NCBI GenBank assembly: GCA_002269645.1
Contig: NIVC01002661.1
Coordinates: forward strand, 62,001 to 126,000
DNA: 64,000 bases
Origin: Macrostomum lignano
Lineage: Eukaryota
Direction of reading: 5' to 3'
Positions 38,313 through 51,976 of the stretch are shown here, piece after piece. The notes beneath the pieces were generated by a model, which was not told where the DNA came from, searched no databases, and saw nothing but the letters and a program-made list of their open reading frames with translations. The translations under genes and the position numbers were made by a program. The stretch's first letter is position 1. Every line of letters begins with the position of its first letter.

Positions 38313-38647
38313 GTACTGTACTGCAGTTTATTATCCGGTCCATATCGCTTTGAACTTCACTGCTTGGATGAGCCAGGCGTACCGCGGCCCAGCTCGCGAG
38401 CATTTAAATTACGAGCGTATTTCGAATCGAATATTTAACTCAAATACTTCAGTTTTAAAGTTTCAGCATTTCAAGAAGTCAAGTAAGGAAGGTCTAATTA
38501 TAAAAATTACAATAAAATTGCATACGGTACGTGCATTCCAATTAGTATGTGCACTAGAAAAGTACATTTACAGTCTGGCTGTAAATGTACCGTCAGCCAG
38601 CAAGTACACGTGATGACAAATAAGCACCGGCCAAACCAGCTCTGAGC

Positions 38648-40480
38648 TCATTGCCCTCCACTCCACTCGGACAGCAGCTCCCGGAATCGCGCGATCTCGT
38701 TGGCGAACTTTTCCGGCTGTTCTTCCGCTTGCCGATAGAATGCCGCCGACGTTCGCAGCGCCTCGATGAGCGGCGTCGCCGGCAGCCAATCGCCGCAGGC
38801 CTCGGCCGCCTTCTCCACGCTGATTGGTCCGCTGGTCACGGTGGGGTAGAGCTGGCTGGCCGACTCGCTGAATTCGATTCTCGGCGCCTCGGGCAGCTCC
38901 ATGGCTTCGGCCAGCCGGCCAACGAACGCCTCCGCTGTCCAGGTCTCCTGGTAGGCGAAGTTGAAGATTTCCTTGACTGAGCCGAGCGGTCTGGCCAGGC
39001 GTCTGTAGCGATCGACAAGGCCGACCAAGAAGTCGGCCACGTCGCCGACGTAGGCCAGCGACATTCGGGCGTCGCGGCTGAAGCTCGGCAGGCGCACGCG
39101 GCCTGCAGCCGCTCCGTGAACTAAGTACCAGAACCTGTAGCTGGTGTCCCTGGGCCCGAACGTGTCCGGGATGCGCACGATGGTGTAGTCGTAGAGAGCC
39201 CCATTGTGCTCTGCGGCCAGCAGGTCGACAATGAACTCCGCTGTGAGCTTCAGCTCCGCGTAGCGACGTCCGGCGCGCAGACGGTTGCGTAGCGCCGCGT
39301 CGGACGGGAAGGCGCCGTCAGATTCGCGCGACCTGCCGGCGTGTCGCTTGTCCGACACGTCGTAGACGGAGTCGGTGCTCAGGTACACGTAGTACTGGAA
39401 CCGGCCGGTCAGCAGCTGGACGCTTTGCATCACTGCTACGTCAGCGTAGCCGGAGAGGTCGATGACGGCCAGGAACGGCCGCGCCTCCAGCTGCGAGAGG
39501 CTGGCGCAGTCCGTGAGGTCAAAGTTGCGGTCGCAGGTCAGCACCCGGCTGTGGTGGCTGCTGTGCCACTGCCAGTAGGTGTTGTTCCTGTGCAGGGTAG
39601 TCACATTGTAGCCGCGCGAGGCCAGACGCTCCACAGTGTGGCTGCCGATAAAGCCGTTGCCTCCGAGCACGAGGATGTCTCTGGCGCGGCGGGAGGGCGG
39701 AGTTGGTGCGCAGATTGTGACTTTGAGCACTGCAACGATTGAATCAAGGCAAAATTTGATCCGTCAAGGAAGGGACGCAATGATGCAGTCCAGCTCCCAG
39801 GAATAGGTACACAATGATGCGGTCCAGCTCTCAGGAATAGGGACACAATGATGCGGTCCAGCTCTCAGGAATAGGGACACAATGATGCGGTCCAGCTCTC
39901 AGGAATAGGGACACAATGATGCGGTCCAGCTCTCAGGAATAGGGACACAATGATGCGGTCCAGCTCTCAGGAATAGGGACACAATGATGCGGTCCAGCTC
40001 TCAGGAATAGGGACACAATGATGCGGTCCAGCTCTCAGGAACAGGGACACAATGATGCGGTCCAGCTCTCAGGAACAGGGACACAATGATGCGGTCCAGC
40101 TCTCAGGAACAGGGACACAATGATGCGGTCCAGCTCTCAGGAACAGGGACAAAATGATGCGGTACAGCTCTCAGGAATAGGGACACAATGATGCGGTCCA
40201 GCTGTCAGTAATAGGGACACAATGATGCGGTCCAGCTCTCAGGAACAGGGACACAATGATGCGGTCCAGCTGTCAGTAATACAGACACAATGGTGCAAAC
40301 CAGCTCTACCTAGCCCGCAGACAAAATCCTCAACCCCTGAGTTTACCTGTTCCCCTCGGAGTGGTCCCTCGGTGCATCGGGATCCGCGTAGCGACTGTTC
40401 AGGTGGGCCAGGCTCGGGGAGGCGCAGCAGGCGGTGACCACCAGCAGCACAGTCAGCAGCAGCCATCGTTGATGCGGCAT
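38648..40480 (-). CDS. Atypical SDR / NAD(P)-dependent epimerase-dehydratase-like protein; main exon ~39729-38648, probable signal-peptide exon 40480-40347
   Basis: Rossmann motif ILVLGGNGFIG, YVYLSTDSVY, YxxxK (YAELK), IVRIPDTFGP. Upstream exon reads MPHQRWLLLTVLLVVTACCA with a GTAAAC donor, but the phases differ by 1 nt. Confidence 0.8.
39776..40290. repeat. 34-bp minisatellite in the SDR intron, ~15 units
   Basis: Unit GGACACAATGATGCGGTCCAGCTCTCAGGAATAG. Confidence 0.95.
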
Positions 40481-40909
40481 CTGCGCGCCTGTTCTTCGTT
40501 TCTGCACTGCTTCCGATGCACGCGGAACCTTTTACCGTGGGGTGTTTTATCCTTCCTCTAGGCTGGGAGCATCGAATGCTTTTCTTCCCCTAATCGGTGC
40601 AGTGCACATTCTTTCTTCCCTGCTGATTCATGCATAAATTTCTCCCTCAAGTTCGCACAGTTTCGCATCGGAAAAATCCCTATACACACTGTACATTCTC
40701 TGAGGCTGTACTCTGCGCTTGAGGGGAAGCTAACAGCACGTTGTTTCGAATTAAAAGCAACAGAATATTGCTACAGTTTTCCCTGCAAAGTAAAGGTTTG
40801 CATCAGGTTTGTTCAACAAATTTCAAGGCTTGATGCAGGGGTCCGCAAAATTCTTAACTTCTAAGGGCCAGATTAATATGAGCTAAGATCTAGCTCGTTG
40901 CCGCGGGCT

Positions 40910-41175
40910 AGATGAGAGAGGAAAATAGAGGGAATAGAGGAGGAGAGGAAAGTGGATAGGAAAAATGAAAGAGGAGAGAAATGACGAGAGGCAAGAGAGG
41001 TGATGTGATGAGATATGGGAGGAGAGAGAAGAGATGAGACGAGAGGAGAAGAAGGGAGAAGAGAGGAGCGAGAAGAGAGGGGAGAGAAGAGAGGAGAGAA
41101 TAGAGAGAAGGGTTCATGAGATGAAAGAAGATCAAAAGAGAGAAGCGGTGGGACAGTAGGGAAGAGAGCTGAGAT
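40910..41175. repeat. GA-rich low-complexity purine tract
   Basis: Direct reading. Confidence 0.85.
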
Positions 41176-41850
41176 GAGACATAAACCTGAAGAGGACCTG
41201 ACTTCTATTGTGCTGTATCAAAGGACCTTTGATTCATGCTTACACCTGCAATCATTAAAAAATTGTCTCATTAAGAAGTAAAATCATAATGCATTTAGAA
41301 TTTTTTCATCAAGTCCGCCCGCAGAGGTCATCGCAGCAGCTCTTAGCGGACCTACAGAAGGGGCTTGTCAGCCGTCAAATCCAGTTTCTTTATAAATTTA
41401 TTTGAAAGAAAAATAAACGAAATCGCAGAGAAAATTTAATCAAACAGGAAAAAAGCAAATTGTACACACAGGGACTGTAGGGCCAGTGGAGGGAGGGCAA
41501 GTCACCTAGGGCAGGCTCTGAACTTTGCTTTCAGCTCGGCCTTCAAATTTTGATTGGCTGGGTACGGGTCAGTCACGTGATGACTGGGATTTTGGTTTGC
41601 CTAAGAAGCTCCATTTTACAGCCGCAAAGTCCCTAATAAAAATATTTTAAATAAAATAATAAATAGTAATAATGTTAGCGGGACTTGAAGTTTGCCAACA
41701 TTTATACCATTGAACGGTGCATCAGTAACTCAGAGAGTGATATCAGCATAAAGCAATAAAACAATTACATAAAGCAGTTCGCGCGAACCCAGCGGTGGCA
41801 ACAGAGGGGTTTACCGCAATTGACTGCCAATCAACAGGTTGCGTCATCCT

Positions 41851-43642
<1,792 letters not shown>

Positions 43643-43965
43643 GTCTACACGCTGTTTGTGTCTTCTAAAGCTCAGACAGGTAAAGTTTAGTTTACAAACT
43701 TAGCTAATGCAAAACGGAAAATTCGCAAACAAAAACTATGTTAAAAATGAACGTCTAAGCAAGTCGTAGCAACGAATCGGTATAACAAAAACGGCATAGT
43801 TACGAGAATAAAATCAGGCGCGGTTTCAAATTTAATTCATCGCGATTTTTATACAGCTTCGTCTGCTCGGAGCCATAGCTTACTTTTTTAACTTCTTTAT
43901 TCTGCCTTTACCGTCTGTCCTTCCTAAGTTTCTAGCGTAGGTTAAAATAAAGTATTGTTTTCAAT

Positions 43966-45973
43966 ATGCATCGGTACCACTACAACCTTTTTCCATGCCA
44001 AAATAGGCTTCTTCAAATGCAATATGACAAAGCTGCTTATCAACGTCATATGGATGGGGTATGTACTGCCCGATTCTCTTCGTAGGAGCTTATTTTGTAA
44101 AATGGTTTAAAAATTATTCCTTATTTTCCTGTCTTATTCATCTAATAAAGTTCAAAGTATATAGCCAGGCTTGTGTCATTTAAATGCTTTTTTGTTTAGA
44201 ATTAGAGTCTGTTTAGAATAATTTCTAAAAATTTTACATCATGTACTCTAATTAACAGCATAGCCCATTCTCTATTGGAAAAACCATAATTAGTCTTACT
44301 AAAGGCGACTTTTAAGTCACTACAAAGCGTTTAAACGTATTCACAAATATCCAGGTTCGAAAGGCTCGCCCAAAGGTGGACACCAGTTCACCGCAAACCT
44401 TCATTCATCTGCATCTCAAGCCGAAGAAGCTACAGCTAGAGGAAGAACGGTTGGCCATCATTGAGCGCGACAACCGCCTGCTGCTGGAGAAGATGTCCAC
44501 CATCATGCGGAAGCAGAGCAGAGTGGACAATGTTAACAACTACGAACCGAAGAGGTCAGTCAGTCAGTCAGTCAGTCAGTCAGTCAGTCAGTCAGTCAGT
44601 CAGTCAGTCAGTCAGTCAGTCAGTCAGTCAGTCAGTCAGTCAGTCAGTCAGTCAGTCAGTCAGTCAGTCAGTCAGTCAGTCAGTCAGTCAGTCAGTCAGT
44701 CAGTCAGTCAGTCAGTCAGTCAGTCAGTCAGTCAGTCAGTCAGTCAGTCAGTCAGTCAGTCAGTCAGTCAGTCAGTCAGTCAGTCAGTCAGTCAGTCAGT
44801 CAGTCAGTCAGTCAGTCAGTCAGTCAGTCAGTCAGTCAGTCAGTCAGTCAGTCAGTCAGTCAGTCAGTCAGTCAGTCAGTCAGTCAGTCAGTCAGTCAGT
44901 CAGTCAGTCAGTCAGTCAGTCAGTCAGTCAGTCAGTCAGTCAGTCAGTCAGTCAGTCAGGGCACAAATTGACAAAAAATCATTCAATAATTGCAGCCTGA
45001 ACCGAGAGAAGCGACAGCGCGAACTACTGAAGGTCACGCGCGACAATAAGAGCATGATGGAGCGCATCATCAGCAGGTCAAGCATGCGACAGGAGCGGGA
45101 ATGGGAGGCCGACTGGCAGCGGAATCTGGCTTATATGGACAGCATCAGCCGCTACCCCACTGGCTGGTGGGAGAAGGTGCGCGCTTGAATAAAGTCCTTG
45201 AGGATCTTCTTCTCCGCTCCCTCAGTCCTTGAGGATCTTCTTCTCCGCTCATTCAGTCCTTGGGAATTTGCCTCTCCGCTCATTCAGTCCTTGGGAATTT
45301 GCCTCTCCGCTCATTCAGTCCTTGGGAATTTGCCTCTCCGCTCATTCAGTCCTTGAAAATCTGCCTCTCCGCTCCCTCAGAACTTGAGAATCTGCCTCTC
45401 CGCTCCCTCAGAACTTGAGAATCTGCCTCTCCGCTCCCTCAGAACTTGAGAATCTGCCTCTCCGCTCCCTCAGAACTTGAGAATCTGCCTCTCCGCTCCC
45501 TCAGAACTTGAGAATCTGCCTCTCCGCTCCCTCAGAACTTGAGAATCTGCCTCTCCGCTCCCTCAGAACTTGAGAATCTGCCTCTCCGCTCCCTCAGAAC
45601 TTGAGAATCTGCCTCTCCGCTCCTTCAGAACTTGAAAATCTGCCTCTCCGCTCCCTCAGAACTTGAGAATCTGCTCCCCCCCAGTGCTTGGATCTCCTGT
45701 GATCCGGTCTGTCTCTCTAATATTCAACTGTATTTAATTTACAACCCCGTCGAACTTCAGGAGAAAACGTCCATGTCGCTTCAGTCGCAGAATCGCGGCG
45801 GCAGCAGTCGTGACGGAGGTCGCGAACGAACTTCGAAACGCTCTGGCGGCGGTGGCAACAGCAGCAACAGAAGCCGCGGCTACGACAGCGGCAGCTTCGC
45901 CTCCACATCCAAGGGCGACGAGAGCGAGAAGAGCGGCGAGAACCGGTCGCAAGCAGACATGCAGCAGCAGTGA
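43966..45973 (+). CDS. CFAP97D2: CFAP97-domain (KIAA1430/Hemingway family) protein, CFAP97D2-like; exons 43966-44058, 44355-44554, 44996-45176, 45761-45973
   Basis: MHRY...PCQNRLLQ..YD..AYQRH, VDTSSP...KKLQLEEER...IERDNRLLLEKM, SLNREKRQREL.KVTRDN; phase-consistent junctions. Exact paralog assignment is uncertain. Confidence 0.8.
44555..44959. repeat. Pure (GTCA)n microsatellite, ~101 units, in intron 2 of the CFAP97D2-like gene
   Basis: Direct reading. Confidence 0.98.
45195..45675. repeat. 31-bp minisatellite in intron 3 of the CFAP97D2-like gene
   Basis: Unit ATCTGCCTCTCCGCTCCCTCAGAACTTGAGA. Confidence 0.93.
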
Positions 45974-48092
45974 TCGCCCCCCCCCCTCCAGACTTTCCAA
46001 CTCCTTGCACACCTTGCCGGATAAGCATTGTTTCCCAATCCCAACTGAACTCCGCGTCACCTGGGGAAATTGAATAACTATTATTCCAAGGTGTCCTCCG
46101 GTTCAGGCAGCTTCTCGCTCACTCCAGTAGCATCATTAGTGCGAGAAGGAATCGATCGCTTGCGCTCCAGTTTTGATGGGGTCATGTAAAAAGCTAGCTA
46201 GAAGTTATTTCCTTCCCCTACCCGCCTCCCCTTGTAAAAACCGTCACTGAGAAATCCATCCCCGTCGCTCCCGGGCCCGGTAGCAACCAGCTCGCCCACC
46301 TCAGCAACCGCTGTCAAAGCTGTTAGGCTTTCTTTTACGACCTGCGACAGCGGCGGAGAGGCCCTTGGATGGAGAGCGCCGCTCTCTACATGGCCAGTTT
46401 TGCTGAGCGTTCGCTCTGCTTCTCTGCAGATGAGAGAAAATTCTATTAATAAAATATATTGCCCAGGACCAAGCCAGAGCAACCCTCACTCCCCGCCCTG
46501 TTGAGAATGATTCCAGACAGATTTTTCCGCCCATTTGCCTTGCCGCTTCTGCAAAATTCTCGCGCCGTGACTTTTTTCTACCTGCGGGTGTCCAAGGTTT
46601 TTTGTCAAACTCTGCTGCCAATAATTTTTTACACCTTTCTGTTGTCGAGGCAATTTTGGCACCCTTTTAATTCTCTTGTCCTCGCTTTTTTGCCGCATTC
46701 ATCTTTTTTGACACCATTTTTTGTTTCAATTTGCACCACTGTCTTTTTTAGTCTGCCGAAATTGGCATTGCAATAACTGCTGCGATACTGCTGTACCAAC
46801 AAATCTAGTCTGCTTCATGCAAATTTAATCGATTTTTTAATTTTCACACAGCTTCCAAAGCTGCATACAGTGTCGGATTGCACACCTGAGAACGAGGTGT
46901 GCATCGAATCTAAATATACTAAAAATGAAAAGAAAAACGTTTTGCACTCGAATGAATAGAAAAGAACAAAACGGTGGTGCCCTTGAATAATGCATTTTTG
47001 TGTCAAACTAACACACATTTTGCCAAATAAGGCCAACTACCCTACTAGAAGTGCTGTATAGAGGAGTGTGGAGAGATAATAGAGTCTATTTGTTGGCTGA
47101 TGGTTATCAATCAGGCCGCCAGATAAGAGCGATCCCGTTGAAAGCGTTGACATGACAAGAGTCGCTAAAGAGATGTTGCAAACAACTCTCTAGGGACTCT
47201 AGCGACTCTGGGACGACTCCTGTGACTTTTTAACGACTCAAACGCGTCTAATGCGACGGAGAGGTGACTGTTGCGTCACAAGCGCGTCACGTCAGTTGTA
47301 GAATCGTAAAAGAGTCGCAAGAGTCCTTTAAGACTCGTTGTGTAGGCGCATACCTTTGTGACTCGAATTCATCAAGCGACGCAAATGCGCTTCACACACA
47401 ACTCAAGTGACTCTGGGACGCTTCTTGGCGTGGGCACCGCTTTCATCGGGGATGAGCGAGTTGTCAGCGCTAGATTCTACTGCCGAGAGAAACTTGTGTG
47501 TTGTGCCGTCGGCGACTTCAGCTGTCAGGCCAAATCGTCGAGGCTCCCGAGACGCGCCCTGAGAGACAACAGCAGGGACAAGAAGGACAGGTGCTAAGAA
47601 GGGTTTTTTGCTAGAGACTCTGACAGGGTTGCACTTGGGAGGTTTGAATTCCTAGTCTCAAATAAATCGTCAGCAATCATCAAAAATATCTCAGAAAACG
47701 ATCAACACGCTTGCCTCGCAAGATTAGACAATCGGATGTGTCTAATGGAACATCACATTTGGATTCAAATGGAGTGCGTTTTAATTCGCGTTTTAAAGTG
47801 ATAAACTGAGTGCTTCTAGCGCGCAGTTCCTGAATCCTTTTAAGGGTTTCGACGAAAGCTTTTTATTAAACGCATCATTTCCTGCCTGTTAGCATTTTCA
47901 TAGCTACGATTTGTTGACTGCTCATAGCTTTGAAATAACAAACAGATTTTTTCCACTTCCCGGCAAGTCACTACTCTCGGCTAACGCTTAACGCGTAAAA
48001 GCCTATTTAAATGGATTGATTCGTTTGGTAGCAGGTTTCCATTTTTGCTGAGACTATAGCTGCAATAACCGCTACAATCCAAGGCTGTAACG

Positions 48093-49109
48093 ATGAGCTC
48101 ACCGAAGCTATGGAACGCTGTTCTCATCGTGTTCGGCCTGCTGACAGGTGTCCGGTGCGCGCAGCAGACCGCAGTATATCAGCAGGCCGATGCCCAGTGC
48201 GCACCGGAAGATTCACCGATAGTCCGAGCTCGAATCCTTGCAACGGTGACTACACCTTCGGCGACGAGTTGCGCGATTATGGCTTCGCAAACGGCGCAGA
48301 CTGGCGCTCTGGTGGCGCAGTTCCGCCGGGGCAGCCGGCAGTGCACCATATTCCAGTTTCAATCCATCTGCCAGCACCTGATGCCTGGCAAAACCTCCGG
48401 CTGCTACGTTTACTTTCGCTTTCCGATTGACCATGGGTTGCTGAACGCCAAGCTCAGCAATATGTGGGTGGGCGACCGCGCCGGCAAGCTGGAGAACCTG
48501 GTTTGCCAAGCCCATGAGGACACCAATCGGCTCTACCCGTTCAACATCCAGTGGAGCAGCGAGGGCGCCTATTTCGACGGCACAACGGCCTATGCGGTGC
48601 TGAACAAGTCGAGCCTGAACTTTGCCAGCGGACTCACCTGGCTGATGAAGCTAAAGAGGCAGCCTCAGGTTCAGCCAATCCTGGAATTCGCCGACTGCAA
48701 CGATATAAACGGCGTCACCGGTTACGGCATTCACCTGTGGGAATATGCCGCCCCTGGTCAGCTGTACATCAGGGCCAACCGAATCACGGGAAGCCTGCTG
48801 CCGTTTGTCTACTCAGCAACTGATGCTCTGCCGCTGGGCCAAAACGACTGGCTGAACATCGCCTTCACGGCCAACGGGAGCAACTTTGATGTCTTCGTGG
48901 CTGATTCCTTCCTGCCAAGGCACACCCTCTCTCTTTATAGCGACAACAACCCCAATCCCATAACCAACTCGAACGCCTGCCTATACCTCGGAATGCGAGT
49001 GGAGCCAGCCAACAATCCCAGGTTCAAAGGCACCATGAAGGCGCTGGCCTTCGCTGGGACGAGCATGTCGGAGGCGGAGATACGCGAGTTCTTCTCCATC
49101 TTTGAATGA
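48093..49109 (+). CDS. Secreted protein, 338 aa: signal peptide, PAN/apple-like domain, LamG/concanavalin-A-like domain (intronless)
   Basis: Hydrophobic N-terminus ending VRCA; SATSCAIM...RQCTIF pattern; LamG-like GLTWLMKL, WLNIAFT, LYLG...FKGTMKALAF. Confidence 0.75.
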   Translation: MSSPKLWNAVLIVFGLLTGVRCAQQTAVYQQADAQCAPEDSPIVRARILATVTTPSATSCAIMASQTAQTGALVAQFRRGSRQCTIFQFQSICQHLMPGKTSGCYVYFRFPIDHGLLNAKLSNMWVGDRAGKLENLVCQAHEDTNRLYPFNIQWSSEGAYFDGTTAYAVLNKSSLNFASGLTWLMKLKRQPQVQPILEFADCNDINGVTGYGIHLWEYAAPGQLYIRANRITGSLLPFVYSATDALPLGQNDWLNIAFTANGSNFDVFVADSFLPRHTLSLYSDNNPNPITNSNACLYLGMRVEPANNPRFKGTMKALAFAGTSMSEAEIREFFSIFE

Positions 49110-49729
49110 AGAGCAAAAATTGGCAACAATAATGAGCATATTGATTGCCGCACTCTCAATAACAAGGACTGAACTATCCGAACACATTTCCAATGTATGG
49201 ATTGAAAATATGATTAAATAAAATTAAGATGGCGCATCAAATGTCTTAATCAGTCGTGAATTTTATTTTACAGCCCCCCCCCTAAGTTGACTTGACATCC
49301 TTTGAGCCTTCAAGACGCATGGTCAACTAAATTCTAACAGTGACGCATCCAGGATTTTCTTAGGGGTGGGCAGAGTCAATGTTAGTACAGCATGTGTCGA
49401 GTCAACGAGCAGCTCCAAATGAAGCAAGTTTTCAGCGGGTTTAATTTCGTTCCTTTTTATCTGAGAGGATCAATTTCAGATCTTGAAAGGCAGCTCTACA
49501 AGTTAGCCAAAATACTTGCAGCAATGAACCCCGCTCAGAACTGGGCAGACTGTGTATATAAAGTTCAGCCTGCCACAGTTTAAATTAGCACACCATACGC
49601 TGCGAAATGGACTGCGAAACAATGAGGACTGCGGGACCACTCACTATTCGCTGGCATTTGCATGTAGTTTTTTCTTTCATTGCATTCATTAGCTCGCTTC
49701 ATATGTATTATTAAAATATAATATAATGA

Positions 49730-51976
49730 TGTAACCGCCCTTGTCGCCTGTCCGCTCCGTAGAGAGACGAACGCATGACTAGAGGGGGCAATGACTGCAG
49801 GCTGCCTATGACCGGGCAATGACCTGACGGACCTCCAGCACCAGACTGTCCCGCCCACATGATTGATAGCTTTGGTAGCGCTTTGTGACCAGAGGGCCAA
49901 GGACCCACATGGACCCCACCTGTAGCCAAGGTGCAATAGTTGGTCACTCGGTCATAGTATGACCGAGTGGCTGCCACCACTCTATGTGACCTGGCGCACC
50001 TAGATCTTACTACCAGACCTCTCGAAGCTAGAGCCCCGCCTGGGATGGTTACCAGGAGATTTAGGCTAGCAGGGGAGACACATGCAGCCGAGTACAGGGA
50101 CTCTGCTTGGGGCATGATCGGGAACTCTGGGCTCAATCTGGAGGATTTCTCAGCAGGAAATCCTTTGTGGCTGTGAGCGAGGCTGACTTGCGACTTTGAT
50201 TACTAAGAGTAGTATGAGACGAACATGTGCTGTCTAGAGTTTAGATTGCTCAGGGCAAAGGGACGCGTCAGCATGGGGTTGCAACCTTCCTACTGCCATT
50301 CCGTGCCAAGACTCGCTAATCCCTCTACCGCACGCACACACGGCCCCGCAGCACGCACTCACAGGCGGGCTTTGCACGGGGAGAGGCCATTAGCTTACCC
50401 AAACTTCCTTATGCTTCGCCACCCCGGAAGAAAGGCTTAGCAAGCCATGAGTGAAATGATGGTGAAAGAGTGAATAATGATGAGGTTAGTCAATAGTTAA
50501 TAATGAGGCCCTTAGGCAAATAATCAGGCAAATAGGCGGCTTCACTATTGAGTAAAATACAGCAAAAGATACGGTATCACGATTGGCTCAGCTCTCTAAT
50601 CAAGTAATGGCAAAATAGGCAAACCCCGGATAAGCAGAGGCGATTAGAGCACAAATTAGTAACAGGAACTTACCGGCAGCTGCACAGAGAGCGAGAGAGA
50701 CGGAGTGACCGAGGGCGGCTGTAGGCTGCAGGCAGACAGTGAAGCGGCGATGCGCTGAAGCGACGAGGCGCAGGTGTAGATCAGGCGATGCTGATGATGC
50801 TGGGCGGTATCAGACCGCTGGCCGATAGGCGAGCTCACTTGGGAGCTAAGGTAACTGGGCGGTATCAGACCGCGGACCGGCAGAGGTTCGTCCTACAGAC
50901 GAATAGGTCAGAGCTACGTCTGACGGCAAGTCCAAAGAAGGACGAGGAGCCCGAAGGTCGAACCGGGTCGGAACCGGGCGTCCCAAGGTCGAGCCGGGTC
51001 GGAACCGGGTGTCCCAAGGTTGAGGATTCTCATGCCGAAAACCGCCTCGTTATATAGACATCCCAGCCGCCGCTCCAAGGTCGTTTCCATGACTCCCTCT
51101 CTCTGATTGGCTGCCGGCAGAATGACGTCAGAAGTATGAGAACGGCATAGCAACATGAGAAATGGGAGAATTGCGCAATCCGGAGGTGGGGTGGGGTGGG
51201 GGGATAATTGGCGCAGCGGGAGGTCGCGAAAGTGTTGCGCAAGCAAACATTGAGAACAATGGGGCGGGGGTCGAGAACAAAGGAATTGGAAATCGGGGAT
51301 AATTGGGGAGAACCGAGAACAATAGAAAAGCAAACATTGGGGAAAAGGTGATAATTAGGTGCGAAAATGAGAACAATAGAAAGTGAAAATCGGAGAAAAT
51401 GTGATAATTGGTGGGGATAAAGAGAACAAAAGAATCAAAAACGAGAACAATAGAAGCGGAGGTGAGGTGGGTGTCGCATGAGAAATTTGGGGAGGAGAAC
51501 AATAGCATGAGAAAATGTTGCGCAAGAGAGGGGGATGAGTCATCGATGAGTCATCGAGGGGAAGGAGGGGTCACACGACTTGCGTCACCGTTTGGGAGTT
51601 TGAGAAGGGAAGGGGTGACGGTGAGCGCACAAAATACTGTAAGTAGACACAGAGAAAGGGGGGCAGCGCAGGAAACTAGTGCAGAAAGAGACAAAACGAG
51701 GAGAGAGAGGGAAAGTACACGAAGAATAGGGCGGAAAGCAGAAGATATAGGGTAGAGGGGGAGGTACAGAGAGGGAGGGGGGAGCTCCGGAAAGGCAAGT
51801 GTGGCGGCAGGGGAGACGGAGCCAAGGCAGCAGGGGGTGCAGCAGAGCGGGAGTCTCCAGGCCTGGTCGAAGACCTGGCCGAGTCTCAACAGCTCTGTGC
51901 AGGGGGTGCACGGCGATAGGAGGCACTTTCGAAAAAAAGTTCCCCTGCCCTATCCCGCGACCAGAGCGTGGTTACA
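49730..51976 (-). mobile_element. Possible large solo LTR (~2.25 kb)
   Basis: Termini TGTAACC...GGTTACA are perfect inverted repeats; CCAAT, TGACGTCA and TATATAA read on the minus strand at ~51050-51130. No TSD found. Confidence 0.45.

Noticed and set aside
37557-38613. Cys/Val/Ser/Leu-rich and RQTD-rich long ORFs
   Set aside because: Translation of the (TGTC)n microsatellite.
44376-45188. 270-aa SQSV-repeat protein as the primary product
   Set aside because: Splicing at 44555-44995 restores the contiguous CFAP97 domain; retention is kept only as a hypothesis.
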